NCBI GenBank assembly: GCA_016932045.1
Contig: JAFGDO010000001.1
Span: forward strand, 1,014 to 65,013
DNA length: 64,000 nt
Direction: 5' to 3'
DNA from: Candidatus Dojkabacteria bacterium
Lineage (GTDB): Bacteria > Patescibacteriota > Dojkabacteria > JAHIVN01
The notes below the pieces were generated by a model that saw nothing but the letters and a program-made list of their open reading frames with translations, was not told where the DNA came from and made no database searches. Shown here piece after piece: positions 8,565-18,652 of the stretch. The number at the start of each line of letters is the position of its first letter. Within the stretch, counting starts at the first letter, position 1. The translations under genes were made by a program, and so were the position numbers.

Positions 8565-9521
8565 ATGTCTGGAATGAAACATAATCGGCCCTGGTATAAA
8601 ATTCTCATAATCATCTGTATGTTAATTTCCTTCATACTAGTTGCAGTTACTGGGACCATCAAATCAAAAGGGCTACTGCAACCACTTCACATTCCTTACG
8701 ACTCCATCCCTTTGAATGTGATTTCATCTATCCACGACATTACTGGCCCACTGTTTTTAATTCTCGTCTTATTACATCTAATAATTCAAAGACATTGGTT
8801 CATAGCCCTTTTCAAAATTATTTCCAATCCGAAATCGCTAAAAAACATACTACTTTTTATCTTAGGAGTGATCATAATGGCATTGCTATTCCTTATATAT
8901 AATTCTCTTTCTGGAAGATTCCGGTCATCAGAGGAGATAAAAGAACTTGAGTCAATTGAGATAAAAGAATACGAAGGAGAAGATCTTTCGTCAATTACGG
9001 ATTTTAGGGAAAATTCCATTAAAGGTCCTCAATATATAGATAGAAATACTTACAAACTTAAAATACACGGATTAACAGAAAATGAATTAAATCTTTCTTA
9101 TGGTGAGGTTCTAGAATTTGATTCCTACAAAAAGGTAGTAACCTTACATTGCGTAGAAGGCTGGAGTACGAAAATACTTTGGGAAGGCATTCTTCTTAAA
9201 GATCTTTTTGAAGACGCAAAAGTAAAACAAAATGCAAACACTGTTATATTTCGAGCTTATGACGGCTACTCCACTTCTCTTCCGCTTGATTTTATTTCGG
9301 ACAACGACATCCTGCTTGCCTGTAAGATGAACAACGTCGAACTCCCCACAGAAAGAGGTTTTCCATTCCAGGTTGTTGCTGAGTCAAAATGGGGATACAA
9401 GTGGGTTAAATGGGTAACCGAAATAGAACTTTCAGATGATGAGGATTACAAAGGATACTGGGAAAATGCAGGTTATAATCAAGACGCAGACATAGAGGGT
9501 CCTATTTTTGAAGATAAATAA
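8565..9521 (+). CDS. Membrane-anchored molybdopterin oxidoreductase (MsrP/YedY-like, sulfite oxidase family) fused to a DUF4405-like TM region
   Basis: TLHCVEGWS Mo-ligand Cys, DGYSTSLPL, RGFPFQVV, GYKWVKWVTEIEL, GYWE; N-terminal TMs with two His. Confidence 0.85.
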   Translation: MSGMKHNRPWYKILIIICMLISFILVAVTGTIKSKGLLQPLHIPYDSIPLNVISSIHDITGPLFLILVLLHLIIQRHWFIALFKIISNPKSLKNILLFILGVIIMALLFLIYNSLSGRFRSSEEIKELESIEIKEYEGEDLSSITDFRENSIKGPQYIDRNTYKLKIHGLTENELNLSYGEVLEFDSYKKVVTLHCVEGWSTKILWEGILLKDLFEDAKVKQNANTVIFRAYDGYSTSLPLDFISDNDILLACKMNNVELPTERGFPFQVVAESKWGYKWVKWVTEIELSDDEDYKGYWENAGYNQDADIEGPIFEDK

Positions 9522-9522
9522 T

Positions 9523-9921
9523 ATGAATCAAGATAAAATCAAAGAAAAATACAAAAAGGAATTAACACAAGACCAATATAATATATGTTTCCTCAAGGGC
9601 ACAGAAAAACCTGGAAGTGGAAAATACAACAAACACTTTAAAAAAGGAGTTTACAAATGTGTAGTATGTGGTCAAGAACTATTTAGCTCAGATACTAAAT
9701 TTGATTCAAAAACAGGATGGCCAAGTTTTTTTGAACCAGTTAATAAAAAAGCGGTTGAATATAAAAAGGATTCATCTCTAGGATTGGAGAGAACGGAAGT
9801 CGTATGTTCAAATTGTAAAGCCCACCTTGGCCACGTATTCGACGATGGACCCGAACCTAGCGGAAAACGATTCTGCATAAATTCATTGGCATTAAATTTC
9901 AAAAAGGAACCATTTTTTTAA
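9523..9921 (+). CDS. msrB: Peptide-methionine (R)-S-oxide reductase
   Basis: GTE, CVVC, KFDSKTGWPSF, CSNC, HLGHVFDDGP, RFCINS; start placed at the ATG just after the upstream stop. Confidence 0.97.
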   Translation: MNQDKIKEKYKKELTQDQYNICFLKGTEKPGSGKYNKHFKKGVYKCVVCGQELFSSDTKFDSKTGWPSFFEPVNKKAVEYKKDSSLGLERTEVVCSNCKAHLGHVFDDGPEPSGKRFCINSLALNFKKEPFF

Positions 9922-9947
9922 CTTTATTTTATTTTTTACATATAAAT

Positions 9948-10418
9948 ATGAAAAAGGTCATCATCATAGTTGTAGTGTTGCTTGTTGTAGGCTTTGCAGT
10001 GTTTTATGTATTGCAACAACAGAAAGAGGAAGAACAAAGCGACACAAAGACTACTCAAAATCAGGAAACTCAAGAGGAAGAATCCGAGGATACTACTACA
10101 GACGGATACATGGATGTATCTGCCAAAGAGGCCGAGGACCTCATTCAAGATAATCCTGATCTAATCATCATCGATGTGTCACCTAACTACGACGAAGGAC
10201 ACCTTCCTGGTGCAGTTAACTATTATGTAGGGGACGGAAGCCTTGATCGAGCGATACCAACGCTTGATAAGAATAGTAAATACCTTGTTTACTGCCACGT
10301 TGATAGTGCTTCAATTTCTGGAGCAAATATCCTGATCAGTGCAGGATTTACAAATGTTTATAGACTTGAAGGCAACTACCAAGCCTGGGTAGATGCAGGT
10401 TATGATATCGAAAAATAG
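9948..10418 (+). CDS. Membrane-anchored rhodanese-domain protein
   Basis: IIDVS..GHLPGAVN..LVYC..LEGNYQAW; N-terminal TM. Confidence 0.9.
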   Translation: MKKVIIIVVVLLVVGFAVFYVLQQQKEEEQSDTKTTQNQETQEEESEDTTTDGYMDVSAKEAEDLIQDNPDLIIIDVSPNYDEGHLPGAVNYYVGDGSLDRAIPTLDKNSKYLVYCHVDSASISGANILISAGFTNVYRLEGNYQAWVDAGYDIEK

Positions 10419-10463
10419 AATTATTTACTTATCTGAACTAGTAGAGCCAGAAGAATAATACAT

Positions 10464-11699
10464 TCAATTTACTTTTATTCCTTCTTCGGGTTCAAACTCT
10501 ATAAATTCTATCTTTCCTTTAAATCTTTTTTCGTAGGCTCGCTTCATGTCCTGTTTGAACGATTCAAGACTGCAGCGTTTTACTAAAGCTAAAGCAATGG
10601 CCGAAAAGCCTCCACCCATATTCCTTATCCCAACCACTCCTCCCTGTTTTTTCCCAAATTGATAAAGGAATGTTAGCTCCGGGGTCTTGTCGTCTAAGTT
10701 GTATAATTTAAGTGCACTTAATCCTGACTGTGTGAGCAGCTTTCCGAATCTGTCAATCTGATCTTTCTCCAGTGCTTCAACTGATTCCAAAACCCTATCG
10801 TTTTCATACACTACATGCTCTACTCTTCTTGCCATAGTAGGGTTAAATAGCTTGAGTTTACTTTTGTATTTCCTAAAATCTGAAACTGAAACATCTCGAA
10901 GGCTGGTTATTTTTCTATCTAAGGTTTCTTTCCAAAAAGGAATACTATCTTCACACATTTGTCTTCTTTCAGGATAGCCACTTTTTCCAAGCTGCCTTTT
11001 TACACTCTTATCAACAAGGATGACAAAAACAACATCGTGTTTCTCAAGACTTGAAGGAATTAGCTTAACACTCGATACTGGTAAATCTCCTTTTGACCTA
11101 AAATCCATCAGAACAAATTTTTTCCTCTTGGCAAAAGATATTGTTCCTTGATCAAGAAATCCGCATGGAGATTTTACATATTGATTCTCGGCATTCTGAC
11201 AGATTAATGCTATCTTATATGGATCAATTTTTCTCTTGCACAAACTCAAAAGACCATATGCCATGGCAAGTTCAAATGCAGCTGAACTTGAGACTCCACC
11301 TGATGTTGGAACATCACTATCAATCAATATATCAGCTCCTTTAATTTTGTATCTATTCTTAAGCAAATGTACGACAACACCTTTTGCATAATCAGCCCAA
11401 TCATTCTTCGTGCTTCTTCTTATGTTTTCTTGTATTTTAAATGTGATAGGGGCCTTTGTTGGATAATTTAAAGAATAGATCCTGACGAGTTTATCCTTCC
11501 TCTTTCTAAATGCAGCAATTAATGTTCTTGAAATAGCACATGAGAGTGCAAATCCCTGATTATAGTCAGTATGATTGCCGATGATTTCAGCTCTGCCAGG
11601 GGAAGAAACAATTAAATCCGGATAGATTTTGTAGATCTTATGAAATTTAGAATCTATCTCGTACGCTTTCTCTTTATTGAGATCATTTAACTTTTTCAT
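10464..11699 (-). CDS. galK: Galactokinase
   Basis: PGRAEIIGNHTDYN, GGVSSSAA, CGFLDQ, MGGGFSA GHMP motifs. Confidence 0.9.
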   Translation of the reverse strand: MKKLNDLNKEKAYEIDSKFHKIYKIYPDLIVSSPGRAEIIGNHTDYNQGFALSCAISRTLIAAFRKRKDKLVRIYSLNYPTKAPITFKIQENIRRSTKNDWADYAKGVVVHLLKNRYKIKGADILIDSDVPTSGGVSSSAAFELAMAYGLLSLCKRKIDPYKIALICQNAENQYVKSPCGFLDQGTISFAKRKKFVLMDFRSKGDLPVSSVKLIPSSLEKHDVVFVILVDKSVKRQLGKSGYPERRQMCEDSIPFWKETLDRKITSLRDVSVSDFRKYKSKLKLFNPTMARRVEHVVYENDRVLESVEALEKDQIDRFGKLLTQSGLSALKLYNLDDKTPELTFLYQFGKKQGGVVGIRNMGGGFSAIALALVKRCSLESFKQDMKRAYEKRFKGKIEFIEFEPEEGIKVN

Positions 11700-11799
11700 A
11701 TATATATAATGAATATAATAATAAATGATTTCAACAATTATACTAGGATAAGCTTTTTTATTGAAGCAGAGATGTATACAAAAAAGCCAATAGTAAAAC

Positions 11800-11842
11800 T
11801 TGACAAAATTAACAAGAGTATTACAATAACTATTGAAATAGT
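11800..11842 (+). promoter_or_regulatory. Promoter overlapped by an 11-4-11 operator (copy 2)
   Basis: TTGACA (11800-11805), 16 nt, TACAAT; AGTATTACAAT-aact-ATTGAAATAGT (11817-11842). Confidence 0.7.
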
Positions 11843-11885
11843 TTAACGAAATTCTGCTCGTTATTTTACATATAAATTAACTACA

Positions 11886-12839
11886 ATGGACAAAAAAGCA
11901 CTATATATATTTGGAATTCTTATTATTGTATTTTTTTTGCTTAGCATGGAATTCTTTCTTGTTAGAGAGTTTGCCTGTCCAGAATCTAAATTGGAAGACA
12001 AAGAAGTTACTATTCAAGAAAGTGAAGCCCCTAGAGCTCAGGCAATGATGATTCTTATAGAATTCCAGCAGACTGATGGTCTGGTTAACATGGTCAATGA
12101 CATGAAAGAACAGGATATTTATGGCCTACTAATGGTTACTCCAGAATTTGTTGAGGCAAATGCAGAAACAATTAAAAAGGTACTCGAAGTAGGAAACATT
12201 GAAATAGTGCCTACACATGTTAAAGAACCTTTGTGGGATATTCCATATGATAAACAATACGATATCATCTCAGATATGGTTGAGCGTATAGAATCAGCAG
12301 TTGGCATAGAGGCAAGAATCATAAGCTCTAGATATATGGCATCAGATGAAAATACTATAAAGGTAGCAGAAAAATTAGGAATTGAGTACGTAATGGCAAG
12401 AGGAACAACAGAACTTGCGATGACAGTTTATAAACCGGAGGAATATGACGTGAAAGTTCTATCGGTTTCAAATATTGATACTCCTGAGTTCAAATATGGA
12501 AGCTTATGTGATTATAGCTACTATGAGAGAGCCGGCAATCCCGAGGATATGCTCGAGGACCTTCAAAGAGCAGCCGAAGAAGAGAAATTCTTTGGAGTTT
12601 CTCATACATATATAGGCGGGTACAAAGAAAGATGGAATGACATGTGGCATGAATTTTGGAATAATGATCAAGTCGATTGGGTAGAGCTTGATACAATATC
12701 TAATGTCGATAAGAACCTGCCGATGTGGCAAATACCAATAAACAAGAATGCACCATATACGCCTGAGAAAATCAGACCGTTAATACCTTATGAAGAGGAA
12801 GAGAATGTAGATAATCCTTGTACTGTCGAAGACTTGTAA
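11886..12839 (+). CDS. Membrane-anchored polysaccharide deacetylase-like (NodB fold) protein
   Basis: N-terminal TM; EIVPTH..PLWDIPYDKQ..I..LGIEY pattern; canonical metal motifs are divergent. Confidence 0.5.
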   Translation: MDKKALYIFGILIIVFFLLSMEFFLVREFACPESKLEDKEVTIQESEAPRAQAMMILIEFQQTDGLVNMVNDMKEQDIYGLLMVTPEFVEANAETIKKVLEVGNIEIVPTHVKEPLWDIPYDKQYDIISDMVERIESAVGIEARIISSRYMASDENTIKVAEKLGIEYVMARGTTELAMTVYKPEEYDVKVLSVSNIDTPEFKYGSLCDYSYYERAGNPEDMLEDLQRAAEEEKFFGVSHTYIGGYKERWNDMWHEFWNNDQVDWVELDTISNVDKNLPMWQIPINKNAPYTPEKIRPLIPYEEEENVDNPCTVEDL

Positions 12840-12850
12840 AAAGAGATTAA

Positions 12851-13345
12851 ATGAAAAATAAATATATATCCATTACAATAATATCTATATTAATGATCAC
12901 AGGTGCAGGTCTAGCCTCATATTTCATTTTCAGTAATCAAAATAAAACTGAAACCTATACAGCTTCAACAAGCACTGTATCTACTACTACACAAGATAAT
13001 GATACACAAAACAATATTACAGACTCGGAAGGAAATGATGCCCAAACTGCTAGTGAACAAACAATAGTAATGTATCATAACGGCACAGGCCCCATGTGTA
13101 TTGAAGCTTTAGATTTCTTTGAAGAACAGGGAATTGAATTCAAGGAGCATCTCAATACAGAAGAAGGCTTTAAAGATTTACTAAGTTCAGAAAAAGAAAG
13201 GTTTAATGGCGTAAGCGAAGGAGTCTCAGATTCTTTTGGATACTACCCAATTATCATAATTGAAACCAGAGCTTTTTCAGGTTTTGACGATAATGTTAAG
13301 AGTGAGATTCTATCAATATTAAATGCAGCCCCTGCTGAATCCTAA
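12851..13345 (+). CDS. Membrane-anchored monothiol glutaredoxin-like protein
   Basis: TM, Thr/Ser linker, MYHNGTGPMC, YYPIIII..AFSGF thioredoxin-fold pattern. Confidence 0.55.
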   Translation: MKNKYISITIISILMITGAGLASYFIFSNQNKTETYTASTSTVSTTTQDNDTQNNITDSEGNDAQTASEQTIVMYHNGTGPMCIEALDFFEEQGIEFKEHLNTEEGFKDLLSSEKERFNGVSEGVSDSFGYYPIIIIETRAFSGFDDNVKSEILSILNAAPAES

Positions 13346-15156
13346 AACAACTTTGTAAAAATATTGAGCAGATTATAAACAAGAAATGCCATCACCCAAG
13401 CAACTGCAAATGAGGTAACAATCCTGGCAATCAAAAACTTCCAACTCTTAACCTCATTCTTTATAGCTGAACAGGTTGCTATACACGGTGTATAGAGATT
13501 TGCAAAAACGAGAAATGAAATTGCCTGAAAGGGAGTGAGGGCTCTAAGTAATGCATTTTGCAAACCTCCTTCGCCTACACCAAATAGTACGCCAAAAAGC
13601 CCAATGAATATCTCCTTTGCTAAGAAACCAAAGATAAGCGAAACAGAAAATTCCCAAAAACCAAAACCCAGGGGATTAAATAAAAGAATGATAGAGTTAC
13701 CGATTTGCCCAAGCAGACTGTCGCTTGAACCATACTCAACCCCAAGCGGAAAACTTGAAAGAAACCATATTCCGATGATTGCTAGAAATATGATAGAACC
13801 TGCCTTTTTGATAAATAAAACTGTCTGAGCCCAGGATCTTTTTAGAATATTTTTTATAACTGGCTTTCTATACGGTGGTAGTTCAAGTAATAAAGTTGTA
13901 TCACCTGTTTTATAAACAAATTTTGAAAGTATAACACCAACGACTAACCCGACTAAAATGTTCAATAAATACAAAATAGTAACAACAGAAATACCGATAC
14001 TGGGAAAAAATGTTATTGCCAAATATATATTTAAAGGCAAACAAGCACTACATGGTATAAAGGGAACAAGAAACATAGCTATCAATTTTTCTTTTTTATT
14101 ATGGATTGTACGAGTTGCAAGTACAGCAGAAACGTTACATCCGAAACCAAGTATTAATGGTATAAATGATCGACCTGAGATTCCAATTTTTTCAAACAGT
14201 CGATCAACAAGAACAACCGTACGAGATAAATATCCCGTATCCTCAAACAGGTATATAAAAATATAGAAAATTAGAATTATGGGTGTAAAAGAAAGTACTG
14301 CTCCCAATCCTCCTATGACCCCATCCGTTATGAAGGATCTCAAAATAGGTGAAGGATTAAGAGAAGTGATTATTTCTCCAATCAGAGAAAACAGGTATTC
14401 CACTCCATCAACAAGAGGTAAAGAAATCTTAAAAGTCGCAAGAAACATTAGATACATTAATAAAAGAAGAATTGGAAAGGCTGTAAACTTATTTAGAAAG
14501 ATCGAATCGATCTTATACAAAATTCTTTCTGATTTTGTCTTTACAAGTGGAGTTATACTCTCATTTAGAAATTGCCGAGCTTTCTTGTGATTTATTTCTT
14601 TATCCGGTTTTAGAAATTTGTGAATATACTTGGGGACTTTATAATCTTTTTTACTGATTCTTACGATTTTGTCGATAAGCTCACATTTATTCTCACCTGT
14701 ATGCGCCTCAATATTTACTATAGGAATTTTAAGTATCTTCTCAATCTTCTGATATTCAATTTTTACACCCCTTCTTTTAGCCTCTTTATTGAAATTGAAT
14801 GCTAGTAATAATTTCTTCCCGAGCACAAGAAGTTCCATAGTCAAAAACAAATTCCTTACGAGCGTATTAACATCTACAATTTGAACTACGATATCTAACT
14901 CTCTACTTAACATGAAATTCCTAGCTATTTCTTCCTCTTCTGAAAATGGTGCTATACTGTAAATTCCTGGCAAATCAACAAATCTGATTTCTTTTCCCTT
15001 ATAATTTACTTTTCCCTCGCATTTTTGCACAGTCTTCCCCGGCCAGTTCCCAACGTGATATGATGCCCCAGTTAAACAATTTAAAAGAGAGGTTTTTCCT
15101 GTATTTGGATTTCCAATGAGACCAACAACAATTGTTTTAGTTTTAATATTATTCAC
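13342..15156 (-). CDS. feoB: Ferrous iron transporter B
   Basis: GNPNTGKT, VGNWPGKTV, DLPG, GFGCNV, IPCSA, ELPPY, LYTPC. Confidence 0.96.
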   Translation of the reverse strand: MNNIKTKTIVVGLIGNPNTGKTSLLNCLTGASYHVGNWPGKTVQKCEGKVNYKGKEIRFVDLPGIYSIAPFSEEEEIARNFMLSRELDIVVQIVDVNTLVRNLFLTMELLVLGKKLLLAFNFNKEAKRRGVKIEYQKIEKILKIPIVNIEAHTGENKCELIDKIVRISKKDYKVPKYIHKFLKPDKEINHKKARQFLNESITPLVKTKSERILYKIDSIFLNKFTAFPILLLLMYLMFLATFKISLPLVDGVEYLFSLIGEIITSLNPSPILRSFITDGVIGGLGAVLSFTPIILIFYIFIYLFEDTGYLSRTVVLVDRLFEKIGISGRSFIPLILGFGCNVSAVLATRTIHNKKEKLIAMFLVPFIPCSACLPLNIYLAITFFPSIGISVVTILYLLNILVGLVVGVILSKFVYKTGDTTLLLELPPYRKPVIKNILKRSWAQTVLFIKKAGSIIFLAIIGIWFLSSFPLGVEYGSSDSLLGQIGNSIILLFNPLGFGFWEFSVSLIFGFLAKEIFIGLFGVLFGVGEGGLQNALLRALTPFQAISFLVFANLYTPCIATCSAIKNEVKSWKFLIARIVTSFAVAWVMAFLVYNLLNIFTKLF

Positions 15157-15379
15157 CTTCTACCTTTATCTCGATCTTCTGAGCTAAATTATTCCTTACA
15201 GCAATATATGTATTCATTATCTCATAAATTTTTGGACTTCTCATTGGCGATTCCCTTGTCATTATAATGTCAACTCCCTCAATCAACCCCATACTATGAA
15301 GTCTCTCCCTAATGCTGTGAGGTAAATTTATTTTAACGACTTTTGCTTTTTGATTGCTTTTTAACTCATTTAGATTCAT
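15149..15379 (-). CDS. feoA: FeoA protein
   Basis: RLHSMGLIEG..SPMRSP..IAVR; directly upstream of feoB. Confidence 0.9.
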   Translation of the reverse strand: MNLNELKSNQKAKVVKINLPHSIRERLHSMGLIEGVDIIMTRESPMRSPKIYEIMNTYIAVRNNLAQKIEIKVEGE

Positions 15380-16254
15380 AATCTTTCCATAAGCTTATTA
15401 TAAATCTTTTGAATTTCATCACAAGCTTTTATATTACTTTCCACAACAGGCCTCAACTCCACAATACTTTTAACAACTTTTTTATCATATGAAATACTTC
15501 CCAGATAATTTTCATCTGCAAACTTCTTAATCTTTACTGAGATCTGTTTATTTAAATCACATTTATTTAAAACTATCCCGTAAGGAATTTCAAAATGTGT
15601 TACTACTGATAAAACTCTCTTAAGATCGGAAAAAGATGAAAGTGAAGGTTCAGCAACAGCTATTATGTAATCAGATCCCTTTATAGAAGCTATGATCGGA
15701 CAGCCAATACCAGCTGCTGCATCTTGAATAATAATCGAATGCTTTTCCTGAATTTGTTTCGCATAAGTTCTGATCTCTACAACTGCTTCTCCTGATTCGG
15801 CTTCCCCAGGTTTTATCTGTCCCTGTATTACTGGAAATCCCCATTTTGTATCAAATCTGGTCAACAAACAGTTTTTTACAGGTTTAAGCTTTATTGCATT
15901 GAATGGACAGACTATCTCGCACAAACCGCAACCTTCGCATTTATAGGATACTAGTCGTACCTCTTTCTTTTTGCTCAGTTCTAAGGCTTGGAAATTGCAA
16001 GCTGATATGCAAGCACCGCACCTTTTACATTTAGTCTTGTCAATAAAGGGTTTACTTGTTGTGCTAATTTCTTTGGAGAACTTTGCATTCTGGGGATTAG
16101 AAGTATCTATGCCCAGCCATAAAGCAAGATTTGGCGCGTCAACATCACAATCTATAGCTACAAGTTCATTATTTTTTGAAAAAAGAATGGCAAGAGACGA
16201 TGCCAGTATACTCTTACCAACACCACCCTTTCCTGAAACAACGGTAATTCGCAT
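15376..16254 (-). CDS. MinD-like P-loop ATPase with an inserted 2x[4Fe-4S] domain (COG1149)
   Basis: SGKGGVGKS, DCDVDAPNL, two CxxCxxCxxxC motifs, DAAAGIGCP. Confidence 0.9.
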   Translation of the reverse strand: MRITVVSGKGGVGKSILASSLAILFSKNNELVAIDCDVDAPNLALWLGIDTSNPQNAKFSKEISTTSKPFIDKTKCKRCGACISACNFQALELSKKKEVRLVSYKCEGCGLCEIVCPFNAIKLKPVKNCLLTRFDTKWGFPVIQGQIKPGEAESGEAVVEIRTYAKQIQEKHSIIIQDAAAGIGCPIIASIKGSDYIIAVAEPSLSSFSDLKRVLSVVTHFEIPYGIVLNKCDLNKQISVKIKKFADENYLGSISYDKKVVKSIVELRPVVESNIKACDEIQKIYNKLMERL

Positions 16255-16271
16255 TTCAAATTTATTTTAAA

Positions 16272-17462
16272 TTATCTTCTGCCCCGGACCCTAACCCCTC
16301 TTCTACGTAAGGCTCTTTTAGCATTTTTCCCTATATTCCCGGCTACAACTTCGTCAGCTCCAATAGCTTTAGCAAATCTAACTCCATGCCCTCTTCCTAT
16401 TCTATAATACGGATTCTTTATCTTTTTGCTCAACTTTACCTTTCCTTTCAACTTATCCTCAACTAAATACTCCGGAGCACCAAAGTCATCCACTTGCTTA
16501 TCTTCTCTATAGGGATAGATAGTCCGCCTTCCTTTTTTCCTAATATCAATACTCGGATAAATTTTATTCCCATGCTCAAAAAACTTTTGTACTTTACCTT
16601 CTCTTGACATACGAAATCTCTCATCTGTTCCTTTTACTTGAATTACAACATGTTCTACACTATTTATCTTCTGAATTATTAGCGATTGTAAATCAGAAAT
16701 AATTTGATCCGCTTTCCCTACCTTTACTTCAGATGGAAGAGTAATGGTCAATTCAACAAATATCCTAGCACCTACTTTTCTTGATTTAATCTCAGTTAAA
16801 TTCACCTGTTGTTTTTCGCATATTTTTCTGATCTGATTTTCCACTTCCAGATCAGCAACATCAAGCACGCCCTCTATCACTTCCTTGCCTAATGGTATTA
16901 AGGATAGAATTATATAAATTCCTAAAACCAACGCTACTATACTATCAAGTGCAGGTATATATCTTGCAAAAATAATTCCTAAAAGTACTCCAATAGACGA
17001 AAAAACATCTATCTGAGAATGCTTCCCATCTGTTACTAGAGAGACACTATTCTCTGCCTTACCAGTTTTTATTTTTAAATATGACATAATTCCACACACA
17101 ACCGAAGAAAAAGCCATTATCCCAAAGGCCAAGACATTTACCTGTAGATCAAAATTCTTCTCTAGAAGGCTAACTATTGCATCATAAATAATAGTCATAC
17201 TTGAAATCAGAACCATTAGAAAAACTAGTAAACTTGAGACTGTTTCAGTTCGATAAAGTCCGTAGGGAAATTTTTTTGTTGGAGGTTTCTCTGATAATTT
17301 TACCCCTAGAAATACCAAAAAAGATGATAATATATCTGATAGAGAATCAATTCCCGAGGCAATTATTGAATTACTTTTTGCTACTAATCCTATACCTATC
17401 TTGGATACAGTTAACAACACATTTACAAATGTACTTAGTATAGAGACTTGTTTCCTATTCAC
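16272..17462 (-). CDS. Cation diffusion facilitator transporter with a C-terminal NifB/NifX-like domain
   Basis: DSLSD, FPYGLYRTE, HSQIDV, ZT dimer region; C-terminal DFGAPEY..NPY..GNIGKNA. Confidence 0.9.
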   Translation of the reverse strand: MNRKQVSILSTFVNVLLTVSKIGIGLVAKSNSIIASGIDSLSDILSSFLVFLGVKLSEKPPTKKFPYGLYRTETVSSLLVFLMVLISSMTIIYDAIVSLLEKNFDLQVNVLAFGIMAFSSVVCGIMSYLKIKTGKAENSVSLVTDGKHSQIDVFSSIGVLLGIIFARYIPALDSIVALVLGIYIILSLIPLGKEVIEGVLDVADLEVENQIRKICEKQQVNLTEIKSRKVGARIFVELTITLPSEVKVGKADQIISDLQSLIIQKINSVEHVVIQVKGTDERFRMSREGKVQKFFEHGNKIYPSIDIRKKGRRTIYPYREDKQVDDFGAPEYLVEDKLKGKVKLSKKIKNPYYRIGRGHGVRFAKAIGADEVVAGNIGKNAKRALRRRGVRVRGRR

Positions 17463-17478
17463 AACGAAAAAAAATTAA

Positions 17479-18315
17479 TTAATCTAATAGATGTATTAAA
17501 GACTCATTATGCAAAAAATTCCCGGATGAATAATCTTTTGCTAACACTTTATTGTAAAGTATTCTTACACTTATCTGCGTTTTATTTTCTCTTGCAATAT
17601 TTATAATTTTTTTCATATCTCCAACGTCATATTGATTTGCTACAACTTCGCTTCTGATTTTCATAACTTTTAAAACTTTTAATATTATATTTAGATCGTG
17701 TGCACCAACAGGTGTCGGTTCTGTAACGGCATACGCTTTCTCAACACCTTCTAAAGCTGCCATTACCGTACAATGCGAACCTGCTGCTGTATCATAAATT
17801 ATCAAATCAAAATTATGCATCATGGTTTCAACAAATTGTTTTGTTTCCTTTACTACAGGACTCGTTTCTCTTATTCCTGGTTTACTTATACCTGTTACTA
17901 AAGTAAAATTATTCTTGATTTCATTTAAATATATCTCCCCATTCTCTACTTTTTTCTTTATTATTGCCTTTTCTGGACATATTGTCCAACATACACCGCA
18001 AGAGGAGCACAGCTCTTCGTTTATTTGCGGGAATTTCCCTTTAGGTTGGAATATTGCATTTGATCTACAGCTTTTCACACACATGCCACACTTGGTGCAC
18101 TTGCTTTTCAATATTTCCGGATAATATGTGTAAGTCTTCTTTAAAGAATCTTCTAGTTTCTTAATACCAAGAATGATATAGTCATTAGGACACTCAACAT
18201 CACAATCAACTAAAAGTACTTTTTTTCTCCTAGAAATTTCCTTAAGTGCAAATAGGATAGAAAAGGTAGATTTTCCTGTTCCTCCTTTCCCCCCGGTAAC
18301 TGCTATTTTTTTCAC
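17479..18315 (-). CDS. MinD-like P-loop ATPase with a 2x[4Fe-4S] domain (COG1149), paralog
   Basis: GGKGGTGKS, DCDVECPN, two ferredoxin motifs, DTAAGSHC, VTEPTP. Confidence 0.9.
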   Translation of the reverse strand: MKKIAVTGGKGGTGKSTFSILFALKEISRRKKVLLVDCDVECPNDYIILGIKKLEDSLKKTYTYYPEILKSKCTKCGMCVKSCRSNAIFQPKGKFPQINEELCSSCGVCWTICPEKAIIKKKVENGEIYLNEIKNNFTLVTGISKPGIRETSPVVKETKQFVETMMHNFDLIIYDTAAGSHCTVMAALEGVEKAYAVTEPTPVGAHDLNIILKVLKVMKIRSEVVANQYDVGDMKKIINIARENKTQISVRILYNKVLAKDYSSGNFLHNESLIHLLD

Positions 18316-18623
18316 TTTTGAATATCTTTAAGAATATCTTTTATAGTTTGATTTTTTACTAACTCTATTTTGATGTTTCCTTGTGTGACTGCCTGTTGTG
18401 TATTGGGACCAATATTTACACAATACACTTTTTCCACTTTATTATCTAGAAGAGTCTGTGCCGCAGCAATTCCTGCCCCACGTTGCTGAGAAGCTCCCGG
18501 ATTTTCTATAAATGTAAGATTCTCAGCTAAAGTGTCATATACAGCAAAGAAATTACACCTGCCAAAAACCTCAGACACCTCTGCATTCTCGCCTTTTTCG
18601 TCAACACAAATAGCTAATTTCAT
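18312..18623 (-). CDS. NifB/NifX family protein
   Basis: MKLAI..FGRCNFF..ENP..GAGIAAAQ..IGPN. Confidence 0.9.
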   Translation of the reverse strand: MKLAICVDEKGENAEVSEVFGRCNFFAVYDTLAENLTFIENPGASQQRGAGIAAAQTLLDNKVEKVYCVNIGPNTQQAVTQGNIKIELVKNQTIKDILKDIQK

Positions 18624-18652
18624 AACTTTAACAGTAAAAAGTTAAATAAAGA

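Noticed and set aside
15376-18623. Nitrogen fixation cluster
   Set aside because: NifX-like domains and COG1149 ATPases are widespread without nitrogenase; no nifH, nifD or nifK is present.
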